A stretch of 63,471 bases of DNA, filler included, from Deltaproteobacteria bacterium (GTDB lineage Bacteria; JACQOV01): NCBI GenBank assembly GCA_016202395.1. It is 5 parts of 5 records of this genome, joined end to end, with 100 filler letters (N's around TTAATTAATTAA, not from the genome) between each part and the next. Parts side by side here need not be neighbours in the genome. Positions count along the whole stretch, not along the records: positions 8,918 to 25,830 come from JACQOV010000007.1; 4 more parts are not named here. The stretch is one strand, 5' to 3'. Both the position numbers and the translations under genes were made by a program. How positions within the stretch are numbered: the stretch's first letter is position 1; the number at the start of each line of letters is the position of its first letter. This document shows positions 9,897 to 18,683 of the stretch, piece after piece. Under the pieces are notes generated by a model. That model did not search any database, was not told where the DNA came from, and saw nothing but the letters and a program-made list of their open reading frames with translations.

Positions 9897-10698
9897 ATCG
9901 GAGATTCACCTTTCTGTTTAGCAACACTCTCCAGAAAGAATCGACACGACCCTTTTTGGGATAAGTGGGGGTCAACGCTACCGCAATCGGTCTGTTTTTC
10001 TCAACCCACTTTTTTAAAGGTTGAACCAGTTTCGAATCCGCCTTCAAAGCCTTCAACAGATAACCTAGCCTTTGAATTGAAGAAGGGTTCGGATAAATAC
10101 GAACCATCTGTTTTAGATTCGGCACGGTTAAACAAGGGATCAGATCCCGAATGACAAGACAAACATTATCGAACCCTGCGCTGGCCGATTGAAAATAGAG
10201 CAGATCCAGGGCAGTCCACTCAGGAGAAGAAAACGCGACTTTGCCACTCGAACTGTGGACATCGACAATGCCTCCGGTTGGAAACTCCTTACGCACATGA
10301 AAGTCGAGCCCTAATCTTTCTCCCTTCCGAAACTTCAACTGCTTCGGTAAAATGACCTGGAGACGTTGAGGCTTCTGATGAGTCGCTCCATAGTGATCGG
10401 CTGCAGAAAGAAGACCCACATAATAAGGAGACTGCCGAAAACGCATTAACGCATCGAGAATCGGGAACGGATGAATCCCCCACTTCCGCTCCGAAGGATG
10501 CCAAAGGGCATAAAGCCCTGGGGTGAGACAAAGGACTCTCTTCTGACGTTGAAGGTAACCCAGAATGGCAAGAACGTTTTCTCTTTTGAGTCTGAGACGA
10601 TTTTGGGCTTCTTCCACAGTGAAGGTACATTGACCCTCGGCCTGGAGGCCTTCAATCAGGCAAGCTCCTTTATTTCTATTATTTCTTAAATATTCCAT
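9886..10698 (-). CDS. AbiEi-like antitoxin (type IV TA); start uncertain (10698 or 10743)
   Basis: YYVGLLSAADHYGA.HQ.PQ, SSPEWTALDL, QRLGYLL; overlaps the toxin start. Confidence 0.85.
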   Translation of the reverse strand: MEYLRNNRNKGACLIEGLQAEGQCTFTVEEAQNRLRLKRENVLAILGYLQRQKRVLCLTPGLYALWHPSERKWGIHPFPILDALMRFRQSPYYVGLLSAADHYGATHQKPQRLQVILPKQLKFRKGERLGLDFHVRKEFPTGGIVDVHSSSGKVAFSSPEWTALDLLYFQSASAGFDNVCLVIRDLIPCLTVPNLKQMVRIYPNPSSIQRLGYLLKALKADSKLVQPLKKWVEKNRPIAVALTPTYPKKGRVDSFWRVLLNRKVNLRYDR

Positions 10699-10819
10699 AA
10701 AATAGAATAAATATATATTTTGGAATATTATAGAATCCGCCACAAAAAGTCAAGTTCTATCCTGGCATAAAACAATGATGTTGCTTTTTGAGGCGCTGAG
10801 ATTTATAATGCCTTCCACT

Positions 10820-11872
10820 ATGAAAAAACTCCTCTTTTTAGGTTTCATCGTTTTCTTGGCAAACTGTGGGAGCGACTCTTCGAATCCCGATGTAACTCCC
10901 ACTACAACCACCCAAGGGCTTCGGTTCGACTCTGCAGGAGATTTTAGCAGCTCCGCCAGCGTTCCCCCTTCTATCCAACAGATCGCCAGTGCCCTCACAA
11001 CGGGACAATGCTCCGACCTCGAAGCGCCCATTACTCAAGACGATCCCATTCTCGAAGATGGGCTCGATTGTGATGAAGACGACGGCCTCGTGGCCCATAT
11101 CACTCCCAGTCACTACTCCCTTGCCCTGAAGCGGATTTCTCTAGTTCCCGAAGACGAGAGCGGCGCTTCAATTGACTTCATCGCCGACACGGGGACTCTG
11201 GCTCAATCGGAAGTCATCGAATTTACAACCGACGATAGCTCTGAAACCATCATTACCCTTGATCCCGAAGATCTTACGGCGGGGACCTATAGCGGTGTGG
11301 AGATGGAAATCTACTATTTTGAGCTCACTTTCCTCGTGGCCGGCGTGGAACAGAAAGTTCGAATTTACATGAGTGATGACGACTTTGAAGCGGAAGGGAA
11401 CCTGGGGCACCACCAAGGGGACATCACCTTTATGGATGACGACGGCACAGAGCTTGGATGGATCGATGACACATGGACGACGGCAGGCCTTTCGACCACT
11501 CGAGGGAAGGCCCAAAATGGGGCGGGTGGAACCGATGCCGAAACGGATCATGATCGAGGCTTTTTTGGGGATGCCAATCTCTGGGATCTGGAGGTTCTAA
11601 ACCAAGGAGTGGGTCAGGATATCTACCTCACCACCCTCGAATTCGACAGCCCTTTAGAAATTCCAGATATCAGCAGCTTCACAAACCTCATTACGATTAC
11701 GGCAACCTTTTCAGTGGCCGATACCTTCTTCTACGAGGATTTTGAACCACAAGACACCTCTGATTTCCCCGGTTTCTTCCCTGCGGATGGGGGAGAGGCC
11801 TCCAGTGAAGGGGCCGCGTGGGCTCCACTGACCCCGACGGCTGAGCTGAGTGTCGAGGTCTCCACTCCGTAA
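10820..11872 (+). CDS. Highly acidic hypothetical lipoprotein
   Basis: MKKLLFLGFIVFLANC signal and lipobox; D/E/T-rich mature chain. Confidence 0.75.
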   Translation: MKKLLFLGFIVFLANCGSDSSNPDVTPTTTTQGLRFDSAGDFSSSASVPPSIQQIASALTTGQCSDLEAPITQDDPILEDGLDCDEDDGLVAHITPSHYSLALKRISLVPEDESGASIDFIADTGTLAQSEVIEFTTDDSSETIITLDPEDLTAGTYSGVEMEIYYFELTFLVAGVEQKVRIYMSDDDFEAEGNLGHHQGDITFMDDDGTELGWIDDTWTTAGLSTTRGKAQNGAGGTDAETDHDRGFFGDANLWDLEVLNQGVGQDIYLTTLEFDSPLEIPDISSFTNLITITATFSVADTFFYEDFEPQDTSDFPGFFPADGGEASSEGAAWAPLTPTAELSVEVSTP

Positions 11873-11879
11873 GCCCCGC

Positions 11880-11909
11880 TTGACAAGAACAAAACAGAAA
11901 AGTTATATT
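11880..11909 (+). promoter_or_regulatory. Sigma70-type promoter
   Basis: TTGACA-N18-TATATT upstream of the RRM gene and its AAGGAG RBS. Confidence 0.55.
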
Positions 11910-11954
11910 GAGCCGTCTGTGTAATAGTAACAATAACAAGGAGTAAATAGTAGT

Positions 11955-12284
11955 ATGGGTAAGAAACTGTACATTGGGAATCTCCCGTTCGACACGCAAG
12001 AGGAATCTTTAAGATCACTCTTTGAAGCCGATGGGAGACAAGTCGCATCTGTTCAAATCATTACAGACCGAGCCACAGGTCGTTCGCGAGGTTTTGGCTT
12101 TGTCGAGTTAGAAAGTGACGAAGATGCCCAAAAAGCGATTCAATCGCTCAGCGGGAAGGAGCTCAATGGTCGAGCTCTCGTCATCAACGAAGCTCGAGAG
12201 AGAGAGCCGAGATCCGGCGGTTTTGACCGAGGTGGTTTCGGAGGTGGTGGTAATCGAGGCAGACGAGATCGCAACAGCCGCTAA
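11955..12284 (+). CDS. RRM RNA-binding protein with Gly/Arg-rich tail
   Basis: RNP2 LYIGNL, RNP1 RGFGFVEL. Confidence 0.95.
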   Translation: MGKKLYIGNLPFDTQEESLRSLFEADGRQVASVQIITDRATGRSRGFGFVELESDEDAQKAIQSLSGKELNGRALVINEAREREPRSGGFDRGGFGGGGNRGRRDRNSR

Positions 12285-12324
12285 TTCTCTCGATCCGAAA
12301 TTTCCCTAAAAGAAAAAAACGAGG

Positions 12325-12386
12325 AGACTCCGTTGCCACGAGGGTAAAGAGGTATCAAAAGCTTTTTGACCTCCGCAACGGAGTTA
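12325..12386 (+). ncRNA. Structured leader RNA, candidate Na+-sensing (DUF1646-motif-like) riboswitch
   Basis: ACTCCGTTGC/GCAACGGAGT outer stem, CACGAGGGTAAA internal loop, GAGG-TA-TCAAAA/TTTTGA-CCTC inner stem, directly upstream of hppA. Family assignment is from memory and unverified. Confidence 0.5.
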
Positions 12387-12431
12387 GCGGTTATCGTGTG
12401 TTCCTGGAAATTCATTTTTTGGAGGGTGCCA

Positions 12432-14852
12432 ATGAGTGAAAAAATTAGGGCCACTTTTGTTCGACTGTTCCTGCTGTTAGCCGCAGCCCCTGCCTACGCT
12501 GGAGAAGCGGATATCCAACTCCCCGATCTAAGCTCTATCGCTTTCACGATCTGGGGACAAACGATCCAAGGATTACACCTTCTGTACTACGGCTTAGGAG
12601 TTTGCGTGATCGGGGTTATCTTCGGCATTATTCAATATTTTCAAACTAAGAAGCTCCCTGTTCATGCCGCCATGGCCAACGTTTCCCAAACTATTTGGGA
12701 GACCTGCAAAACCTATCTCACGCAACAAGGAAAATTCCTTGCTGTTCTGTGGGCGTTGGTCGCGGCCTGCATCTTCTATTATTTCAAAGTTCTCCAACAT
12801 ATTTCATTGAATGATGTTTGGATCATCCTAGCATGCTCTATCCTGGGGGTTCTTGGCTCCTACGGCGTGGCCTGGTTCGGGATCCGAATTAACACCGTTG
12901 CGAACTCTCGAACCGCCTTTGCCTCTCTCTATGAAAAGCCGATTAACGTTATCGGAATCCCTCTCCGTTCTGGCATGAGCGTGGGATTGTTGTTAGTCAG
13001 CGTAGAGCTTTTTTTCATGATCTGTATCTTAACCTTTCTTCCCCGCGAATTGGCGGGCCCCTGCTTCCTGGGTTTTGCCGTGGGGGAATCCCTCGGAGCC
13101 AGTGTGCTTCGAATCTGCGGCGGAATCTTTACCAAGATTGCCGATATCGGCTCCGACCTAATGAAGATTATTTTTCATTTGCCGGAAGATGATCCCAAAA
13201 ACCCCGGGGTGATCGCCGATTGCACCGGAGATAACGCGGGGGATTCTGTAGGCCCCACTGCCGATGGGTTTGAGACCTATGGAGTGACCGGCGTTGCGTT
13301 AATCGCTTTTCTTGCATTAGCGCTGGTCCTCAATCCTGCGGTCTGCGGACAGCTGATTATCTGGATCTTCGTCATGAGAATCTTGATGATCCTCACCTCG
13401 CTCATTTCGTACTTCTTAACCGACCGGGTCAACCAAGTCCTCTATAGCGGCGAGAAAGAATTCAACTTGGAGGCCCCGCTTACCAATCTCATTTGGCTCA
13501 CCTCGATCGTCTCCGTGGGGATCACCTTCTGGGCAAGCCACCTGCTCCTTTTCAACTTCGGCGACCTTTGGTGGGTTTTGGCAACGATTATTAGCTGTGG
13601 CACCGCCGCAGGGGCTTTGATCCCAGAGTTCACCAAAGTTTTTACCAGCACCCACTCTCGGCATGTGAAAGAGGTGGTGACCTCCTCGCGTCAAGGGGGA
13701 GCCTCCCTAAACATCCTCTCAGGTCTAGTTGCTGGGAATTTCTCGAGTTTCTGGGAAGGCCTGCTCATTCTCGCCCTGATGTTGATCGCTTTTCTTGCTT
13801 CCCAACACCCCTCCGTTGCAGCCATGATGCCTGCGCAGTATAGCTTCGCAGCCCCGATTTTTGCTTTTGGTCTTGTCGCCTTCGGATTCCTGGGGATGGG
13901 GCCAGTAACGATTGCGGTGGATAGCTTTGGCCCTGTGACCGACAACGCCCAATCGGTCTACGAGCTCTCTCTGATCGAAAAACTCCACGATGTGAAGGGT
14001 CAGATCAAAAAAGATTTTGGTTTTTCTCCCAGCTTTGAGAAAGCGAAACACATCCTTGAGAAGGCGGACGGAGCTGGCAACACCTTCAAAGCAACCGCGA
14101 AACCGATGCTCATTGGAACCGCTGTGGTAGGAGCCACAACCATGGTCTTTGGGATCATCCTCCTTTTGGACCGGCTTTTTGGCGATGTGGTCGTCCGACT
14201 TAGCCTCGTCCAAGCCCCCGTTGTGTTCGGGCTGCTAATGGGAGGAGCGGTGGTCTACTGGTTTACAGGGGCCTCCACCCAAGCGGTGGTAACCGGGGCC
14301 TATCGAGCGGTGGTCTACATCAAGCACAACATTAAACTCCATGGAGGATCGGACAAAGCCTCGATCGAAGACAGCAAAAAGGTTGTTGAGATCTGCACCA
14401 TTTACGCGCAGAAAGGGATGGTGAATATCTTTGTGGTGATCTTCTGCTTGGCGCTCGCTCTTCCTTTCTTTAACCCCTATTTCTTCATCGGCTATCTGGT
14501 GGCTCTCGCTTTCTTCGGCCTCTTCCAGGCGATCTTTATGGCCAATGCCGGAGGGGCCTGGGATAACGCCAAAAAGGTAGTTGAGGTGGAGCTCAAACAG
14601 AAAAACACCCCTCTCCATGAGGCAACCGTTGTGGGCGACACCGTGGGGGATCCGTTCAAAGACACCTCTTCTGTCGCATTGAATCCTGTCATCAAATTCA
14701 CCACCCTTTTTGGCCTGCTTGCGGTGGAGATTGCTGTCACCCTGTCTTCAAGGCCCATCAAGATGGCGATTGGAACAGGGCTCTTTCTGGTTGCTTTGAT
14801 CTTCGTTTTCCGATCGTTCTATGGGATGAGGATTCCTGAGGAGACGAAGTAA
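12432..14852 (+). CDS. hppA: Membrane-bound ion-translocating pyrophosphatase (K+-independent signature, long divergent type)
   Basis: GGIFTKIADIGSD, EDDPKNPGVIAD, DSFGPVTDNA, GNTFKA, GGAWDNAKK, GDTVGDPFKDT; GGAGG RBS before 12432. Confidence 0.95.
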   Translation: MSEKIRATFVRLFLLLAAAPAYAGEADIQLPDLSSIAFTIWGQTIQGLHLLYYGLGVCVIGVIFGIIQYFQTKKLPVHAAMANVSQTIWETCKTYLTQQGKFLAVLWALVAACIFYYFKVLQHISLNDVWIILACSILGVLGSYGVAWFGIRINTVANSRTAFASLYEKPINVIGIPLRSGMSVGLLLVSVELFFMICILTFLPRELAGPCFLGFAVGESLGASVLRICGGIFTKIADIGSDLMKIIFHLPEDDPKNPGVIADCTGDNAGDSVGPTADGFETYGVTGVALIAFLALALVLNPAVCGQLIIWIFVMRILMILTSLISYFLTDRVNQVLYSGEKEFNLEAPLTNLIWLTSIVSVGITFWASHLLLFNFGDLWWVLATIISCGTAAGALIPEFTKVFTSTHSRHVKEVVTSSRQGGASLNILSGLVAGNFSSFWEGLLILALMLIAFLASQHPSVAAMMPAQYSFAAPIFAFGLVAFGFLGMGPVTIAVDSFGPVTDNAQSVYELSLIEKLHDVKGQIKKDFGFSPSFEKAKHILEKADGAGNTFKATAKPMLIGTAVVGATTMVFGIILLLDRLFGDVVVRLSLVQAPVVFGLLMGGAVVYWFTGASTQAVVTGAYRAVVYIKHNIKLHGGSDKASIEDSKKVVEICTIYAQKGMVNIFVVIFCLALALPFFNPYFFIGYLVALAFFGLFQAIFMANAGGAWDNAKKVVEVELKQKNTPLHEATVVGDTVGDPFKDTSSVALNPVIKFTTLFGLLAVEIAVTLSSRPIKMAIGTGLFLVALIFVFRSFYGMRIPEETK

Positions 14853-14859
14853 GAAAGAG

Positions 14860-14932
14860 TGAGCCGCGGGGGGATCGAACCCCCGACCCTCGGCTTAAAA
14901 GGCCGATGCTCTACCAACTGAGCTAGCGGCTC
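14860..14932 (-). tRNA. tRNA-Lys(UUU), CCA not encoded
   Basis: Cloverleaf with GAGCCGC acceptor stem, AGCTCAGTTGGTAGAGC D arm, TCGGC-CTTTTAA-GCCGA anticodon arm, GGTTCGATCC T arm. Confidence 0.97.
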
Positions 14933-14936
14933 GCAT

Positions 14937-15344
14937 TTATCCGGAAGCTAACCCTTTAATCAAAATCGTTGCAGAGGCCAAATTCGTGGCCAAAGGGACG
15001 TTGTGAACGTCGGCAAGCCGCAGAAGCATAGAAATGTCGGGCTCATGAGGATGAACCCCCAAGGGATCTCTTAAAAAGATCACTCCGTTTAATTTCTTCT
15101 CAACCAACATCGCTGCAATCTGCGCATCCCCGCCATGAGGTCCACGCTCCATCCGAGTCACCTTTAGTCCCGCCTGCTCGATGTATTTCCCCGTCGTCCC
15201 CGTCGCCACAATATTAAATTTTTTCATAAAAGGAAGATGGTCTTTAACAAAGCCGACCATTTCGGCCTTCTTGCCGTCATGCGCGATCAAAGCAATCGTT
15301 CTTCGTTCTTTTCGAATCCCTTTCAAATTATCAATAATCTTCAT
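14937..15344 (-). CDS. mgsA: Methylglyoxal synthase
   Basis: IALIAHD.KK, ATGTTG, GP.GGDAQI, DPL..HPHEPD, PLATN. Confidence 0.95.
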   Translation of the reverse strand: MKIIDNLKGIRKERRTIALIAHDGKKAEMVGFVKDHLPFMKKFNIVATGTTGKYIEQAGLKVTRMERGPHGGDAQIAAMLVEKKLNGVIFLRDPLGVHPHEPDISMLLRLADVHNVPLATNLASATILIKGLASG

Positions 15345-15356
15345 ATCCCTCTTTCC

Positions 15357-16604
15357 TTAAAAGCGAAATGAGGTCGCAATCATAACGGTAACATGAAGAA
15401 GTGACAAGTCATTGATCTCACTGGAAACTAAAGTATCTCCCGACCCATAAGCCGTTTGAACCCCGAACTGAGTTGTGTAATGGGCTCTCTCATAAGCCAC
15501 GGAGGCAACCCCTCCATAGTAGTCGATCTGAGTGGTGCTGCCCCCCACTTCAACGTCAGGGGCTGAAGAGAAGTTGGTAAAAAGCCCTCCTCGAAAAGAC
15601 CAAAGTGGGCGAAATCGATATTCCATTCCTACATTCCCATTAACGGTTAATTCCTGTTTGATGAAAGCATCGGAGGCCCTCCCCTGTGGATCATGAACTG
15701 CTGCAAAATCGTTGGGAAGATAGAGACTGACATCCCCTCCCACACTGAAGCGTTGGTTGTCATGATAACCGATCCCTAGGGTAAACTTCCATGGAAGAGG
15801 GAGATCGACCTCTAGATCCTCTAAAACCGTTTTACTGGGATTCGTGGCGCTCACTTCAGCTTCCGTTGTCGTAGAGCTCAAAGATTCGCCAGCCCCATGA
15901 AGCCTCCATGAAACAGATCGAACAGCAAACCCCAAATCCAAAACAGGGCTCATTCGCCATTTGGCTCCTAAGATGGCTAGAAGCCCACCATAATTGTACT
16001 CGCTCTTCGAGAAGACTTGTTGAAATGCTGTAGCGGTGCTCCCTATGATAAACGTCTCTCGCAAGAAACGGCGATAGGCATAAAATAAGGAGCCTCCCAC
16101 TCCCAATGTTTCGTTGATCTTCAGAGAATAGGAAGGCCCCGCTAAAAGCAAAGAATCGTTCACCCGATAGCTGAGCAAGGCATCGATCCCTCCTTCCACG
16201 AGCTCTTCATCCCCTGCGTAAGAGATCGAATCAGGTGTGTAGAACGAAAGGGCCATGGCGCTCTCTTTGGAGACTCTCAGGGCCACAGAGCTTGCAGGGA
16301 TCACTTGTAAAGCGCTCAGGTCCAGATCTTTTTTTAAGGAATCGATCGTAATTCCATTTTCTATGGTTCCTTGGGTCCATCGAGCAATATTGGCGGAAAG
16401 GGAGATTTGACTCTCTTTTGAAAAAACAATCCCCCCCGGATTATAAAGAGTCCCCTCGGCAGATTCGGAAAAGGCGGTGTAGGCCCCTCCCATTCCTGCG
16501 GCCCTCTCGCCAACAACATAATTTTGATAGTTGGCATCGTCGGCCAAGCCCTGAGACGCTTGGACGAGGAGAAACGCTCCAAAAACCCATCGGATTTTTA
16601 GCAT
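15357..16604 (-). CDS. OmpP1/FadL-like outer-membrane transporter
   Basis: Signal peptide, GERAAGMGGAYTA...YNPGG hatch motif, C-terminal Phe. Confidence 0.8.
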   Translation of the reverse strand: MLKIRWVFGAFLLVQASQGLADDANYQNYVVGERAAGMGGAYTAFSESAEGTLYNPGGIVFSKESQISLSANIARWTQGTIENGITIDSLKKDLDLSALQVIPASSVALRVSKESAMALSFYTPDSISYAGDEELVEGGIDALLSYRVNDSLLLAGPSYSLKINETLGVGGSLFYAYRRFLRETFIIGSTATAFQQVFSKSEYNYGGLLAILGAKWRMSPVLDLGFAVRSVSWRLHGAGESLSSTTTEAEVSATNPSKTVLEDLEVDLPLPWKFTLGIGYHDNQRFSVGGDVSLYLPNDFAAVHDPQGRASDAFIKQELTVNGNVGMEYRFRPLWSFRGGLFTNFSSAPDVEVGGSTTQIDYYGGVASVAYERAHYTTQFGVQTAYGSGDTLVSSEINDLSLLHVTVMIATSFRF

Positions 16605-16648
16605 GGAGGGGATTATTATAAACCAGACATCGATGTAAAGCAAAAGGA

Positions 16649-17065
16649 CTACCGAGACCGGGTGACGACGTAGAAGGTGGCCGTGGCCATGGCAACCGGC
16701 TCGGCCTCCCCTTTACGGAAAAGTTGCGCATGAACAACGGCTAAACGATTTCCACGATACATGACACGAGCCTGGCAGTTCAGCTGATTCCCAACATCCA
16801 AGGGGCGGAAGTAGTTGACCTTGAGTTCTACGGTAGAGCAGAAATCCTCATCCCCCATGGTGGAAAAAACAGCCACTCCACAAGCAAAGTCGAAAAATCC
16901 AGAAACAACCCCTCCATGGATTTTTCCAGCAGGGGAAAGATGATCTTCCCGAAGCGTAATGGTCACCTCGGCCTCTCTCTTTTGACGATTCACCTTCACC
17001 ACACGATAACCGAGCCACTCCCCAAATTTGTCAGGGCAACGGTAGTTTTTGAGGGGTGTCTTCAT
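16649..17065 (-). CDS. PaaI family thioesterase
   Basis: IHGGVVSGFFD, TVELKVNYFRP. Confidence 0.9.
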   Translation of the reverse strand: MKTPLKNYRCPDKFGEWLGYRVVKVNRQKREAEVTITLREDHLSPAGKIHGGVVSGFFDFACGVAVFSTMGDEDFCSTVELKVNYFRPLDVGNQLNCQARVMYRGNRLAVVHAQLFRKGEAEPVAMATATFYVVTRSR

Positions 17066-17108
17066 AGGCCTACAGGATCCAACCACAACGGGGCCAAAAG
17101 ATCAAGCC

Positions 17109-17143
17109 AAAAAAAATCCGGCCCCGTTTTGCGGAGCCGGATT
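17109..17143 (-). terminator. Rho-independent terminator
   Basis: AATCCGGCTCCG/CGGGGCCGGATT stem followed by a T-run, downstream of ORF 17179-17442. Confidence 0.8.
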
Positions 17144-17178
17144 CCACTCAACCTCTTCTCTTACGAACACGACCCTTG

Positions 17179-17442
17179 TTACCGTCTGTGACCGAGGTAC
17201 GTGTAAGCGAGTATCGCCAACAAGACCACCACCAGCGTAGAACCGCCACTCGTCGCTGAAATGAAATCCCGATAGTACCGCATGACGGTGTCAATCCAGC
17301 CTAGCCGTGCCGTTACGAAGTCAACTAACAACCCCACGAAGAAGACCGGTCTAGCCAAACTCCACGCCTTTTGAGCTGCATCATGTAAGAGTTCGTAGAC
17401 AGATCCCACAAGGTCTTTGGCAGGTGCGAATGCTCTTTCCAT
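17179..17442 (-). CDS. Small two-TM hypothetical membrane protein
   Basis: AAGGAGGT RBS, own promoter and terminator, two hydrophobic segments. Confidence 0.75.
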   Translation of the reverse strand: MERAFAPAKDLVGSVYELLHDAAQKAWSLARPVFFVGLLVDFVTARLGWIDTVMRYYRDFISATSGGSTLVVVLLAILAYTYLGHRR

Positions 17443-17519
17443 GTTACTTACCTCCTTCTCTGGGTTTCCCCAGTCTATTAAGGAGAGAGCTCAAAAGCGA
17501 TGCTCCCCTTAACACGGAA

Positions 17520-17548
17520 AGTGTAGCAAAATCAAAGAGATAAGTCAA
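17520..17548 (-). promoter_or_regulatory. Sigma70-type promoter with extended -10
   Basis: TTGACT-N17-TACACT with TG before the -10 box. Confidence 0.7.
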
Positions 17549-17719
17549 ATGGACTGAAATGCATAACCTGTTGTTTTCAATGTCCTTTTCCCTATTTATG
17601 GCCCGCTCTGATCATTTTCAGTAGCGTTAAGAGCCATTGATAACGCAATGTGTTAACATTCCACTTGATTAGTCAAGAAAAAGATGATTTATTAATGACT
17701 TACACTTGGAGATTTTGGT

Positions 17720-18421
17720 ATGGATCTGACAGTACGGGATTTGACGCAGTTATTTCAGGTATCCGAAAAGACCATTTATTGCTGGATTAAAGAAAAGGGG
17801 CTCGCTGCCTCAAAGATTCAAGATCAATATCGTGTCAATCGAGCGATACTTTTGGAGTGGATCCGCGCCAGAGGCCTAACCGCACCACTGGGTCTCCTGA
17901 AAGATGAGAAACACACCCCTGTAGATCTCCCTCTTACCGCTGCAATCTCTGAAGAAGCGATCCACTACGAAATTCCCGGAAAAACAAAAGAAGAGGTTTT
18001 TAGCGCCATGGTGCAAAGGATCCCATTCCCTCCCTCTTTAGAAACTCAAGAGCTGGTGCAACTCCTCCTCTTGCGAGAATCCCTGGCCTCTACCGGTGTT
18101 GGCGAAGGGATAGCGATCCCTCACGTGAGGGATCCGATTGTTCTACCGATCACGGCCTCTTCCATCTCCATCTGTTTCTTAAAACATCCTCTTGATTTTC
18201 AAGCCATTGACAGAAAACCGGTCCATACCTTTTTTCTTCTCCTATCCACAACGATCCGAGATCATCTCCACCTACTTTCGAGAATCTCTTATCTTCTACA
18301 CGATCCCGCTCTTCTCAAAATGCTAGCCCAACGCGCAAAGAAAGAAGATCTTATAGAAAAGATTCGATTTCTTGAGAAAGGATTAGCCCACAAGCTACTA
18401 CTTGGAACGGAAAATATATGA
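17720..18421 (+). CDS. HTH (excisionase-like) fused to PTS EIIA (PtsN-like) domain
   Basis: LTVRDLTQLFQVSEKTIYCW HTH; RESLASTGVGEGIAIPH phospho-His motif. Confidence 0.9.
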   Translation: MDLTVRDLTQLFQVSEKTIYCWIKEKGLAASKIQDQYRVNRAILLEWIRARGLTAPLGLLKDEKHTPVDLPLTAAISEEAIHYEIPGKTKEEVFSAMVQRIPFPPSLETQELVQLLLLRESLASTGVGEGIAIPHVRDPIVLPITASSISICFLKHPLDFQAIDRKPVHTFFLLLSTTIRDHLHLLSRISYLLHDPALLKMLAQRAKKEDLIEKIRFLEKGLAHKLLLGTENI

Positions 18422-18664
18422 CACTTTGGAGGCCCAGATTTGAGCTCGCTGCAAGGCGCGACGACGCAGGCGTATCGACAGAGATACGTCAAGGAGGAGC
18501 AACACAGCAGCGAGCCAAAGATGGGCCTAGCTGGCCGCTTTTGGGCTGCGACAGCGTCGCTCGTCCTCGACGTAGCACTTCGGCTACGCCTTCGTCCTCG
18601 CTCCTTGTCTCGCCTCAAAATCGGCTCAGCCAAAGTGTCATATATTTTCCGTTCCAAGTAGTAG
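18395..18664. mobile_element. 270-bp MITE with perfect 35-bp terminal inverted repeats
   Basis: CTACTACTTGGAACGGAAAATATATGACACTTTGG at 18395-18429 and its exact reverse complement at 18630-18664; internal hairpins, no transposase. Confidence 0.85.
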
Positions 18665-18683
18665 GGCGCCGAGTGGTTCGGGC

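Noticed and set aside
17720-17900. Excisionase-like HTH near tRNA-Lys suggesting a prophage
   Set aside because: It is fused to a PTS EIIA domain, a known regulator architecture; no integrase, phage genes or tRNA 3' duplication seen.
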